32,000 nucleotides of DNA. Source: Fibrobacter succinogenes subsp. succinogenes S85. Its GTDB lineage: Bacteria > Fibrobacterota > Fibrobacteria > Fibrobacterales > Fibrobacteraceae. Below, in pieces: positions 15,301 through 23,165 of the stretch (its first letter is position 1; every line of letters begins with the position of its first letter). Below the pieces are notes generated by a model. That model did no database searches, was not told the origin of the DNA, and was given only the letters and a program-made list of their open reading frames with translations. Both the position numbers and the translations under genes were made by a program. The stretch is taken from NCBI RefSeq assembly GCF_000146505.1, contig NC_017448.1, positions 2,790,001 to 2,822,000 of the forward strand, read 5' to 3'.

Positions 15301-16092
15301 TTTGACCCATTTCTTTTTATTGCAGTAGTAGTTTTTGCCCTTGCTTGCGACAAAGAAATCGTCAAGGTATTTGTATGTGGAAGAATCGCAAGTGGGGAGT
15401 TGGCTTTCTGTTTCAACAAAGTGCGACATCTTCATGCAACGCACGGCGTAATAGGCGCTGAAATTGGCTTCTTCAAAATACGCCTTCCCTTTGGAGGTCA
15501 CCTTAAAGACATCGAAATCGGATGTCATGAGGTAGGATTCTTTGCCTTGGCCCTTGCATTGAAGCTCTCCGTTGACGGTTTCGCAGGAACCGGACATTTG
15601 CGGGTCGAAACCGAAGGCAGGGTCGGTGACGCTTTTAGCGAATTTGAGCATGTATTCGTAATCGGCTTCGGACGGAATCTTGAACCCGCTAGGACATGCC
15701 TGGTCGGCATTCATGCTCTGGTACAGGCGACCATTGGATTCGCAGTTTTCGTAATCCCCGTCGTAACAGGAGCTTTTTGATACTTTGTAGTTTGCGTTTT
15801 CGGCCATCCATGTGTAAGGCCCGAATTGGATGGTCTTATAGGAGTTGCCACTTTTTACGTCAAGAATTTCGCTTTTGATGATGCTTGCTGTTCCGGTCTT
15901 GGAATTGTAATTGCTTCCTGTAATGGTGGAGTCTCTGAATTCGTCGCCACCGAGGTTGTCCTCTTCCTCATCTTCAATTGAGGGGTCCTCTGCGCTACTG
16001 CTGTTGTCATCGCCACAGGCGCCTAGATATAACGGTAAAACCAAACACGATGATAAAAATGCCTTTCGGAACGTAAATCGCGAAAAGTGCAT
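12328..16092 (-). CDS. Giant lipoprotein: FISUMP domain, about 22 two-Cys repeats, second FISUMP domain
   Basis: Lipobox LYLGAC. N-terminal domain GNSYKTIQFGPYTWMAEN...NGRLY...CPSGFKIPSEADYEYM...AVRCMK. C-terminal domain DSRDGNSYKTIKIGNQEWMAENL...YGRLYSW...CPKGWRLPTRRDWDSL...LPIRCIKQ (TIGR02145-type signature). AGGAGG lies 4 nt upstream of the ATG. Confidence 0.9.
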   Translation of the reverse strand: MHFSRFTFRKAFLSSCLVLPLYLGACGDDNSSSAEDPSIEDEEEDNLGGDEFRDSTITGSNYNSKTGTASIIKSEILDVKSGNSYKTIQFGPYTWMAENANYKVSKSSCYDGDYENCESNGRLYQSMNADQACPSGFKIPSEADYEYMLKFAKSVTDPAFGFDPQMSGSCETVNGELQCKGQGKESYLMTSDFDVFKVTSKGKAYFEEANFSAYYAVRCMKMSHFVETESQLPTCDSSTYKYLDDFFVASKGKNYYCNKKKWVKDDENSCLSSERGDKHYYKDTLFICRNNTWEYATMNDVDASCTKKNQWEVQKLNGQSYICDDSTWRKPTNIESSIGLCNNDSLKKMAVFENKKESIDYICDSIGWRKAVLTDSIGKCTATNQWKKVINNDSTYICDDSTWRKPTTTEAAIGLCTPDSIAKMGTVKTKYDSTQYFCDTTGWRKAVLRDSIGKCTKERQWEEKVNYGKKYICKDSVWNKASTREDSIGFCTPTRYGKIDSLKSGSSYSSYFCDSTGWRSTVMVDFVGNCEASKFYTTLEYKGTTYACRATKKWETLSTTEKNLGICSPKISGKIDTVKSSGYSYICDSISWRTTNIYDYYGNCDSTKLYTTKNFNGITYGCTSPTKWEKLTHPTSEFGFCTPKLKGVLKTDSTGRDYICDSTWRQATKSEVLGLCDDDRDGFEKVHNSVKYGCVNEEWRQFTTLEKTLGLCYKGTKDKIGQVNSVDYICSDTGWTKFTITQALGNCTISIDYETAEYANKMYVCKNLRWTLMDSVELALGVCKKDDYKTSYKYKDNYYYCSDHSWKIAPANIVLEKCTSSLLGQVEVYRDTSYYCSANQTWQIYTDVDKALGVCGPKKQEGLFKYNGKNYGCTYTGVGSNKRYHWREENEIDKALGFCHATGLTWKQYNGKDYACNTSYSGWISDTFKEMYGTCSKSFPEKLGMTVGYNNKLFYCDTMITYASSFSSWHIVEPIDSLGGVCRKALDGDTVTYKDSSYYCGTKNNYYRWLPATKVTQFLGKCGLANDGKVAVYNGLHMECYDENWRRAPVDYVTITDSRDGNSYKTIKIGNQEWMAENLKFEVAGSWCGDNDNGCATYGRLYSWDMAIGLPKNPHPDSIVIADTSSVQGICPKGWRLPTRRDWDSLLTQCNVEDLQKNATGYDETHTDVCGFSSIPTGYMNVFFRNGIDYTEERDKIKYSTNNTAYWTAIQEKYYSRDTTAVALIFNDKSDSYVPNNWRLYDKTDGLPIRCIKQ
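12952..15330 (-). repeat. Coding tandem array of about 22 units (35-45 aa each)
   Basis: Unit pattern is G-x-C...Y-x-C-x(3-5)-W...(I/L)-G-x-C. The Y-x-C...W motif was counted 22 times in the translation, from NYYCNKKKW through SYICDDSTW, DYICDSIGW and others to HMECYDENW. The first units alternate two subtypes, giving a 75-aa super-repeat. Confidence 0.85.
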
Positions 16093-16185
16093 ATTGCCTC
16101 CTTAATTTGAGCGCAATATACAAATATTTTAATTGTAAGACTGTGGATGTAATTTTTAGAGTAAAAGAATCGTTGTAAATGTTGT

Positions 16186-17103
16186 TTAAATTTCCAAATC
16201 TGCTGATATGACTGTCTCAATGGTTCCATCGTCGCATTCAAAGAGAAGGCTGCCGTCATCGTTCATATCAATGATGCGGCCTGTTTTTTTGATGGAGCCT
16301 TCACCTGTGTCTCGGTTTTGATCGGTGCAGTGGTTATTCACAACGATAGTACCGCGTGAGCCAATGAACTGGTCCATGCGTTTCCAGGCTTCGACCCAGG
16401 GGCGAATGCCGAAGGCTTTGAACTGTCCTATGGCGCGCTCGAGATTCCCTACAAGTGCTTGCAAGAGTTTTTCGCGATTGATTGTGCGTCCAAAAATTGC
16501 CTTGAGCGTGGTGACGGCCCGATTCAAATGGGCGTAATCGCTTGGCTCGCTATTGACGTTGATTCCAACTCCCATCGAAAGGGCGGGACGTGGTGGCGTT
16601 TTTTGCTGCGGTGCAAGCTGCTGTTCGGACTGTTGCTGACGTATAAAAACAATCTCAGCGAGAATCCCGCAGAACTTGCTCTTGCCGTAAAGTATGTCGT
16701 TCGGCCATTTGACCGTAATTTTTGGAGTGCTTGCGCTTGCCGATTCCGCGCCATTACGATTTTCAGTTGCCGCGATTCCTTGGATATTGTTGAAAGTTTC
16801 AGCAAATGTGAGTGCGGCAACTTGCGTAATTTGTGCGTAGCTACTGGCAGGGATGCCTTTGAGCGGGATTAAAATGTTGAAATAAAGATTTTTGCCGGCG
16901 GGGGAGTCCCATGTGCGTTCGTGACGGCCATGTCCATCGCTTTGAGAATCTGCGACGAAAAGTGTGCCGGGTGCAATTTCACCAGAGGCTGCCATGGACT
17001 TCATGAGCTTGTGTGTACTGCCAATCGTCTCAAAAAGATAAGCTGGCGCACCACTAAAACCTGTGAGCTGCCAACCTGAAAAATTACGTTCTTGTGAAAA
17101 CAT
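16186..17103 (-). CDS. birA: Biotin--[acetyl-CoA-carboxylase] ligase (group I, no HTH domain)
   Basis: GHGRHERTWDSPAGKNLYFN (GRGRxGRxW-type loop), KWPNDILYGKSKFCGILAE, GVGINVN. Confidence 0.88.
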   Translation of the reverse strand: MFSQERNFSGWQLTGFSGAPAYLFETIGSTHKLMKSMAASGEIAPGTLFVADSQSDGHGRHERTWDSPAGKNLYFNILIPLKGIPASSYAQITQVAALTFAETFNNIQGIAATENRNGAESASASTPKITVKWPNDILYGKSKFCGILAEIVFIRQQQSEQQLAPQQKTPPRPALSMGVGINVNSEPSDYAHLNRAVTTLKAIFGRTINREKLLQALVGNLERAIGQFKAFGIRPWVEAWKRMDQFIGSRGTIVVNNHCTDQNRDTGEGSIKKTGRIIDMNDDGSLLFECDDGTIETVISADLEI

Positions 17104-17213
17104 TTACTTAGTCGTTAGTCAATGGTCGTTTGTTGCCTTTGACGTAATTCTATCACGATTATTCTTCTCTAGTCTTTCGTCTGTAGCCACGTAGTGGCGT
17201 TCTTTCGTCTAAC
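17104..17213. repeat. Heptanucleotide-phased intergenic array (15 heptads) including one hairpin/AGACG element
   Basis: In 7-nt steps from 17109: TAGTCGT TAGTCAA TGGTCGT TTGTTGC ... GTCTTTC GTCTGTA GCCACGT AGTGGCG TTCTTTC GTCTAAC. The register is kept across the whole spacer. Confidence 0.85.
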
Positions 17214-17639
17214 TTACTCGTCAGCTTGCTTTTCTTGGAGTTCCTTGAGTGCTTCTTCTGGGAAAATGTTGAAGAATTCCTGCTTCTTGTCCTCGAAAAG
17301 CTGCAACATGCGTTCCTGCTCAAACTGCTCGCGGTCAATGTTCTGCATAAAGAACTCGTCCTTGGCAAAGTTGCGGCTTTGGATAGTCTTCTTGATATCT
17401 TCGGACAGGTCTACGTTATCCCAAAGAATGTAGTACGAACCGACAAATCCATCTGCAAAAATGTCAACGTTCAATTTGACCGAGTTACTTTGCGTTGAAT
17501 CAACCATTTCGACTTTGGTTTCGCGCTTTTCGGGGCGGAATACGTCAACGTCGTTTACAGGTTTGGACAAATCCTGAGCCCAGCAAAATGCTGTTGCACA
17601 TAGAAAGAACATTACCTTATGCTTGAACGACAAAATCAT
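17214..17639 (-). CDS. Secreted acidic hypothetical protein (141 aa)
   Basis: Signal-peptide-like N-terminus MILSFKHKVMFFLCATAFCWAQD when started at ATG 17639. The longer ORF-track start (17795) would run through the repeat element and the tsaD stop region. Confidence 0.6.
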   Translation of the reverse strand: MILSFKHKVMFFLCATAFCWAQDLSKPVNDVDVFRPEKRETKVEMVDSTQSNSVKLNVDIFADGFVGSYYILWDNVDLSEDIKKTIQSRNFAKDEFFMQNIDREQFEQERMLQLFEDKKQEFFNIFPEEALKELQEKQADE

Positions 17640-17782
17640 ATTTACAATATACAATGAAAAATGTCGAAAAATATGGAGGATGTAAAAAAGCTTGGCTGAA
17701 AATACACCAAAAAAGCGCCATGATGGTATGTGACGTACCGATATTCTGCGAAGTGTATTATATGCGCGGATTTCTCGCCCTG

Positions 17783-17816
17783 CGTCTGTAGCCACGTAAT
17801 GGCGTTCTCTCGTCTA
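17783..17816 (-). repeat. Hairpin/AGACG element copy abutting the tsaD stop
   Basis: Minus strand reads TAGACGAGAGAAC GCCAT-TAC-GTGGC TACAGACG. The first TAG is the tsaD stop codon. Confidence 0.8.
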
Positions 17817-18821
17817 AAGAGCGAGCGGCATCCACGGCTTCACAACGTCGATAGACTCGAGCTTGCCCTGCAACTTGCGGCGGATGGCCGCTGCGGCAAT
17901 CATTGCTCCGTTGTCCGTACTCAGGCTGCGGTCCGGCACGCAGAAGCGGATACCTTTCTTATCGCAGTAGTCCTGCAAGCGGGTGCGCAACCAGCTGTTT
18001 GCACTCACGCCACCGCCCATCACGAGCGTCTTCATCTTCGTCTTCTTGAGGGCGTTGATGGTCTTTGTGACAAGGCTATCGACAATCGCGTCTTCAAGCG
18101 AGGCGCAGATATCGCCGAGGTTCTGCTGGATAAATTCCGGGTCGTGCGTTTCGGTATAACGGAGCACGGCGGTCTTTAATCCACTGAACGAAAATTCGCA
18201 GCTGTCGTGCGTGTGAAGTGCGCGTGGAAATTCCACGAATTTGCGGTTGTGGTCCTTGCCGAGGCGGCTAATCGTTGCACCTGCGGGGTACTTGAGGCCA
18301 ATGAGCTTACCGCACTTGTCGAATGCTTCGCCGGCAGCATCATCGCGGGTGCGACCGATGCTTGTGTACTTGAATCCCGGTTCTTCCATCACAAGTTCTG
18401 TGTGTCCGCCTGAGACGGTAAGCGTCAAAAATGGCGGTTCAATGTCCGGGTTAGAGAGCCAGGCAGCGGCGAGGTGGCCTTCGAGATGGTTCATGCCGTA
18501 AGCCGGAATGTTCAAATCGCGGGCGAGGCCTTTGGCAAAGCTTGCACCAACGAGGAGCGGTCCCATGAGGCCCGGGCCAGTGGTGTAGGCGATGGCGTCA
18601 ATGTCCTTGAGCTCAACGCCCGCTTCCTTGACGGCGGCTTCGGCGATGGGGGCAATCTTTTGCAAATGCGCACGGGCGGCGATTTCGGGAACAACGCCAC
18701 CGTAGAGGGCATGTTCGTCAATTTGGCTGTAAAGTGGATTCGAAAGAACTTTGAGTGGGTCGTCCTGCAAAACAGCACATGCTGTTTCGTCGCAGCTGGA
18801 TTCAATTCCAAGCCAAATCAT
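17814..18821 (-). CDS. tsaD: tRNA N6-adenosine threonylcarbamoyltransferase TsaD
   Basis: GIESSCDETA, HLEGHL, VSGGHTEL, GGGVSAN. ATGA overlap with the upstream ybbR-like gene. Confidence 0.93.
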   Translation of the reverse strand: MIWLGIESSCDETACAVLQDDPLKVLSNPLYSQIDEHALYGGVVPEIAARAHLQKIAPIAEAAVKEAGVELKDIDAIAYTTGPGLMGPLLVGASFAKGLARDLNIPAYGMNHLEGHLAAAWLSNPDIEPPFLTLTVSGGHTELVMEEPGFKYTSIGRTRDDAAGEAFDKCGKLIGLKYPAGATISRLGKDHNRKFVEFPRALHTHDSCEFSFSGLKTAVLRYTETHDPEFIQQNLGDICASLEDAIVDSLVTKTINALKKTKMKTLVMGGGVSANSWLRTRLQDYCDKKGIRFCVPDRSLSTDNGAMIAAAAIRRKLQGKLESIDVVKPWMPLAL

Positions 18822-19798
18822 ATTCCGTATTCCTCGTCTTTATTATCATCCTCGGTCTTTGTCTTGATGAGCTTGATCTTGTCTGGTTTGACAAGGATAG
18901 CCTTGATGGACATGCTGCGGTCGATATCGGACGGCAAGTTCAACTTGACTGTGGGAGTGAGGCTGTCTGCATCTTCAATGGCAAAGCGGGTGTATTCAAT
19001 AAAAAGTTCAATGTCGTTGCTGTTCACGGCTTCGACGACTTTCTCACCACCGGTGATTTCGACGGTCGCCTGCTGTGGCGAGAGTGTGTTCAAAGCGCGG
19101 TCATAGAAGCCGATGAGCTGGATAGGGATGTTCTTGAATTCCTTGGACTTGATTTTCTGGACATCGACAAAAATCTTGGCGACGGTATCGCTTGGTGTCA
19201 CGAATGGCGGCAAAAGTTCAGTCTGGAGTTTGACGGAGAATGTCTTGCTGGCCTTGATGCTATCGATGAATATAGAATCTGTCGGAATGTCGATAATGCG
19301 CGTGAGTGCGTTACGTGCGCCAGAGACTTTCAAGTCTTCCTGGAGGAGCTTGGGGGGCTGGACAATCACATAGCCCGGTGCGGCGTTGAAATTCGTATTG
19401 CTCTTGATGGGGATGCTGCGCTCGATTCTTGTGTCGACAGCGACATCGATAAAGAGGTACTGGTTGTCCGGTTCAACGTAGTGGACTGTTGCAAAGTTCG
19501 GAGCCACAAAATTCTTTGAATCAAGGTGGATGCGCCTGGAGCCGAGTTCGGCGAGGTGCATGTCGACAACCATCGCAGCCCGCTTTTGCGACTGCAGGCG
19601 GATAAGGTCCAAGGGCTTGCCTTCGACGGTCACCGAAACTGTGCTAGGCGGCTTCGATGCAATCGCGAGCGCCTCGGGCAACTTCACGAACGTAAGCGGA
19701 ACTTCCATCGTCAGTTGGAAGTCCTTCAGCGAGATGACATAGAACCAGAGGGCCATCGCGCATACCAAGGCGGTAATCTTTAATATGATGTTTCCCAT
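18818..19798 (-). CDS. YbbR-like (CdaR-type) repeat domain membrane-anchored protein
   Basis: N-terminal TM helix (ILKITALVCAMALWFYVI) followed by repeated beta-rich modules of the VPL.. / V.V.G type (MEVPLTFVKLPEALAIASKPPSTVSVTVEG...). Confidence 0.65.
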   Translation of the reverse strand: MGNIILKITALVCAMALWFYVISLKDFQLTMEVPLTFVKLPEALAIASKPPSTVSVTVEGKPLDLIRLQSQKRAAMVVDMHLAELGSRRIHLDSKNFVAPNFATVHYVEPDNQYLFIDVAVDTRIERSIPIKSNTNFNAAPGYVIVQPPKLLQEDLKVSGARNALTRIIDIPTDSIFIDSIKASKTFSVKLQTELLPPFVTPSDTVAKIFVDVQKIKSKEFKNIPIQLIGFYDRALNTLSPQQATVEITGGEKVVEAVNSNDIELFIEYTRFAIEDADSLTPTVKLNLPSDIDRSMSIKAILVKPDKIKLIKTKTEDDNKDEEYGI

Positions 19799-19843
19799 AA
19801 AAGCCCCTTAAAGAACCTCTATAAATTTAATTATATTCCAGGC

Positions 19844-20731
19844 GTGTTCGGACAATTAGGTTACTTAATATCGGAATCTTTTAGAGGATGGAAGCAGCAC
19901 CGCACGGTGATTCTCCCGTCTTTGTTGACGATTTTCCTGTGCTCGCTTTTGCTTGCGGCCTCTTTTACGGCGCTCGGCGTCTCGTTTAAGCTCCTCTCGG
20001 CCGAAAAATCGCTGTACGTGATTGAGGCTTTTTTGAAAGAGGACGTTCCCGAAGATTCCATTGCGGTTATCCAGACTCGGCTCAAACATACACGCCATGT
20101 GGAGTCTGTTGCGTTTGTGAGTGCGGATTCTGCACTTGCAGATTTTAGCAATCATTTCTCGCCGGACATGCTGGAGCTTGTTGAAGGGAACCCGATCCCT
20201 GCATTCTTCCGAGTATCCTTGAGCGAAGAGGCGCGCAACCCGGCAGACCTTTCCGAAGTGCGCAACACGATTGCCGAAGAAGCGTATTTTGAAGAGGTGC
20301 AGGCTCCATTGAAATGGGCTTCGCGAATTGCGTCGTGGAAGTTCAAGATGATATTCTGGCCGATTTGCATCAGTATCCTTTTGCTCATTACGCTCTCGCT
20401 CATCATTTGCAATTCGGTGAGGCTTTCGCTCATGTCCCGCAAACTCCTGGTCGAGAACATGAAGTACGCGGGCGGCAGTTACTTGTTCATTGAATTTCCG
20501 TTTGTGCTTGAAGGGGCAATGCAAGGTTTTTTAGGGAGTGGCATTGCCATTTTGTTGCTTGGGCTTGTCATCCGTTCGCTCGTGCAGATGTTCCCGATTG
20601 TGGCTAGTGGCGTTGCCTATTTTGGAATCGTTGCGCTATTTACGGTGCTCTTGGAAACGATGCTTGCGGGCTACTTTAGTTTCCGCACGGTGCGCAGTTT
20701 CTTGTTCGAAAAGAAGGGTGAGCAGGAATAA
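19844..20731 (+). CDS. ftsX: Cell division permease-like protein FtsX
   Basis: FtsX topology: TM1, a roughly 110-aa periplasmic domain, then three C-terminal TMs. N-terminus LISESFRGWKQHRT. GTG start. Followed by an EnvC-like gene. Confidence 0.8.
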   Translation: MFGQLGYLISESFRGWKQHRTVILPSLLTIFLCSLLLAASFTALGVSFKLLSAEKSLYVIEAFLKEDVPEDSIAVIQTRLKHTRHVESVAFVSADSALADFSNHFSPDMLELVEGNPIPAFFRVSLSEEARNPADLSEVRNTIAEEAYFEEVQAPLKWASRIASWKFKMIFWPICISILLLITLSLIICNSVRLSLMSRKLLVENMKYAGGSYLFIEFPFVLEGAMQGFLGSGIAILLLGLVIRSLVQMFPIVASGVAYFGIVALFTVLLETMLAGYFSFRTVRSFLFEKKGEQE

Positions 20732-22044
20732 TGCGACTTGTTTGCCGGTTCATTCCGCTTTTGGTTTTCATCTTTGCCGTGGTGGCGGGTTCGGCCGTTT
20801 CGTCTTATGCGGCCCCGAAAAAGACCGATGCGCAGATTGATGAACAAAAGAACGCCCTTAAAAAGCTGGAGGTCGATCTTGCAAAAAAGCGTGAAGAACT
20901 TGCCGTCCTTGAAACCGAAGAAAAGGGCGTCTTGAATACGATTTCGCTTTTGGACCAGAACTTGAACCGTACCAGGTCTTACCTTTCGGAACTGACCCGC
21001 AATGAGGATATGTTGCAGGGGGCGGTCAAGCAATTGGTGATGGATATCGATTCTCTTGACTCAAAAATCAAGGCCCGCAAACGCGCCATGAGAAAGCGTA
21101 TTCGTAATTTGTATGTACACGGTCGCAGTAACGATGCCGAAATCCTTTTTGAACTTTTGACAAAGAACGGGAACCCGGAACGCGAAGTTTACTGGGTGCA
21201 CCACTTGTTGAACCGCGACCGCGAAGACGTGGAAACGCTCCGCCAGCTCATTGCCGAACGCACGCAGAAACAGCAGACGCAAGAGAAACACTTGGCCGAG
21301 CTTTCGAGACTTCGTTCCCGCAAGGCGGTCGAAGAACGCGGTCTTGTAGCGCAGATGAACGGTCAGGCTCGAATGCTGAATTCCCTCAAGCACGACAAGG
21401 CTGTGCAGCGCATGGCGCTCAAGGAATTCGAACGCAACCAGAAGACCATGCTTGCGCTCCTCAAGAAACTTGAGCAGCGCCGCAAGCGAGAAATCGAAGA
21501 AGCGAAGCGCGCCGAGGCAGCCCGCCTCGCCGCCCTCAAGAAGAAGGAACGCGAAGCCGAGAAAAAGCGCCAAGCGGCAGACAAGAAGCGCGAATCAGAA
21601 AAGAAACGTGAGGCAGAGATCGCCCAAAAGCAGACTCCGGTTTCGCATTTCAAAGGTCCCAAGTGCATGCCGCTCGACGGCCCGATTATCAGCGAATACG
21701 GCCTGCAGGAACACCCGGTGCTCCACATCATGACGCGTAACTTGGGCGTCGAAATCCGCGGAAAGCGCGGTGGCCGCATCCGTGCCGCCGCCGCCGGAAC
21801 CGTGGCTATGGTCGCCGAAATTGACGGCCGTGGCCCCTCTGTGATCATTGAACACGAAGATGGAACGTACACGGTGTACGGTCACATGAAGGCAATCCAC
21901 GTCCAAGAGGGCAAAAGTGTCAAGAAATGCGAAGAAATTGGAGAAGTGGGCGATATTGCTTCGTTAAATGGTATTAAATTGTATTTCCAAGTAAGCGAAG
22001 GGACACAGACCGTGGACCCGTTGCAATGGTTGAAACAGAGATGA
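20731..22044 (+). CDS. envC: EnvC-like coiled-coil protein with degenerate LytM (M23) domain
   Basis: Signal peptide, a long coiled coil plus a K/E/R/A-rich stretch, and a C-terminal LytM fold (GVEIRGKRGGRIRAAAAGTV...YGHM...KLYFQVSEG). TAATG overlap with ftsX. Confidence 0.8.
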   Translation: MRLVCRFIPLLVFIFAVVAGSAVSSYAAPKKTDAQIDEQKNALKKLEVDLAKKREELAVLETEEKGVLNTISLLDQNLNRTRSYLSELTRNEDMLQGAVKQLVMDIDSLDSKIKARKRAMRKRIRNLYVHGRSNDAEILFELLTKNGNPEREVYWVHHLLNRDREDVETLRQLIAERTQKQQTQEKHLAELSRLRSRKAVEERGLVAQMNGQARMLNSLKHDKAVQRMALKEFERNQKTMLALLKKLEQRRKREIEEAKRAEAARLAALKKKEREAEKKRQAADKKRESEKKREAEIAQKQTPVSHFKGPKCMPLDGPIISEYGLQEHPVLHIMTRNLGVEIRGKRGGRIRAAAAGTVAMVAEIDGRGPSVIIEHEDGTYTVYGHMKAIHVQEGKSVKKCEEIGEVGDIASLNGIKLYFQVSEGTQTVDPLQWLKQR

Positions 22045-23165
22045 TAGAATATCGCTTAAATGGCCCCGCCTCCCAGGAACGAATCCGCATTCGTCTTATG
22101 GCGGCGTTGCGTGAGAACCGCTTTCCGCAGTCGATTCTTATCGACGGTCCTGTGGGCATTGGCAAAAAAGCGCTTGCGATGGAAATTGCCCAGGCGCTCC
22201 AGTGTACAAACCCGAGCGTTCGCCCGTGCGGTAATTGCTTCGGCTGCAAAATGGCAACCGATACCGGCGTGACCGACAACTGGGTCGTGCCGATGGAAGC
22301 GAAAGAGGCTAGCGCCCGCAATGCTGCCGACGTCTCTGCCGGGAGCTCTGCAAAGACCATCCAGGATTTTAAACAGGCCTACATCGAAGAAATCACGAAG
22401 AACCCGTACCGCGTGGATATTTTCAGTGCGGGCGCCGTGATTTCGGTGGAACTCATCCGTACGATGACCGCCTCCTTTGCGATGAAGGGTGACCGCGTGC
22501 GCGTGGTGATTATCGCCGAGGCCGACCGCATGAATGATTCTGCGGCAAACGCGTTCCTCAAGACTCTTGAAGAAGTCCCGCCGAACACGTACTTCATTTT
22601 GACGACTTCGTCTCGCGAAAAGCTCTTGCAGACGATCCGTTCGCGCTGCCTTGCGCTCCACCTGCCACCCCTCACGGATGAGGAAGTGCGTCAGGAGGCC
22701 ATTCGCGTTGGCGGCGAAGAATTTGACGAATCGACTCTGACCGACGATGTGATTGGTCTTGCCGTGGGTTCCCCTGGCATGGCGCTTTACTACGCCGAAC
22801 ACGCCAAAAACTGGAGCCCGCTTGCAGTCGATTTTATCGAGAAGTCACTTTCGCAGGACTACACGGACCTGTTCTTTAAGCTAGAAGATTCCGGACTTGA
22901 AGACCCGGCCATCGTGAACCGCTTCTTGGAAGTGCTCTCGTTCTTGATTACGGACTTGTTGCGCCAACAATCGGGCGCTCCGCTCCGCATCCCGGAAGCA
23001 ACGGGCAGCGTGAATCTCGAACGCTACCCGCAAGTGGGGGCGTCAGCCCTCGAAGCAGCTCTCGTGAGCGTGCAAGAAACCATGTCGAGAATCGCCTCCA
23101 GGCGAATGGCGGCAGTGACCTGCCTCCAGAACCTCTCGCTAAAACTTTTTGAAGGCTACAAGTAA
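22041..23165 (+). CDS. holB: DNA polymerase III subunit delta'
   Basis: ILIDGPVGIGKKALA, zinc module CGNCFGCK, VVIIAEADRMNDSAANAFLKTLEEVPPNTYFILT, SRC motif IRSRC. ATGA overlap with the envC stop. The alternative start is ATG 22026. Confidence 0.88.
   Translation: MIEYRLNGPASQERIRIRLMAALRENRFPQSILIDGPVGIGKKALAMEIAQALQCTNPSVRPCGNCFGCKMATDTGVTDNWVVPMEAKEASARNAADVSAGSSAKTIQDFKQAYIEEITKNPYRVDIFSAGAVISVELIRTMTASFAMKGDRVRVVIIAEADRMNDSAANAFLKTLEEVPPNTYFILTTSSREKLLQTIRSRCLALHLPPLTDEEVRQEAIRVGGEEFDESTLTDDVIGLAVGSPGMALYYAEHAKNWSPLAVDFIEKSLSQDYTDLFFKLEDSGLEDPAIVNRFLEVLSFLITDLLRQQSGAPLRIPEATGSVNLERYPQVGASALEAALVSVQETMSRIASRRMAAVTCLQNLSLKLFEGYK

Noticed and set aside
16579-16782. Two low-complexity insertions in BirA (ATENRNGAESASASTPK and RQQQSEQQLAPQQKTPPRP) near the conserved KWPND and GVGINV motifs.
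   Set aside because: These are probably surface-loop expansions. Without an alignment I cannot show they are unusual for the family, so this is not reported as a finding.
17640-17795. Longer 193-aa version of the 17214 ORF, and likewise the 499-aa version of the MORN gene starting at 28870.
   Set aside because: The extensions lack coding character. The first overlaps the repeat element and the tsaD stop; the second overlaps the divergent gene region. They also bury otherwise well-formed signal-peptide or lipobox N-termini that begin at internal ATGs (17639, 28738).
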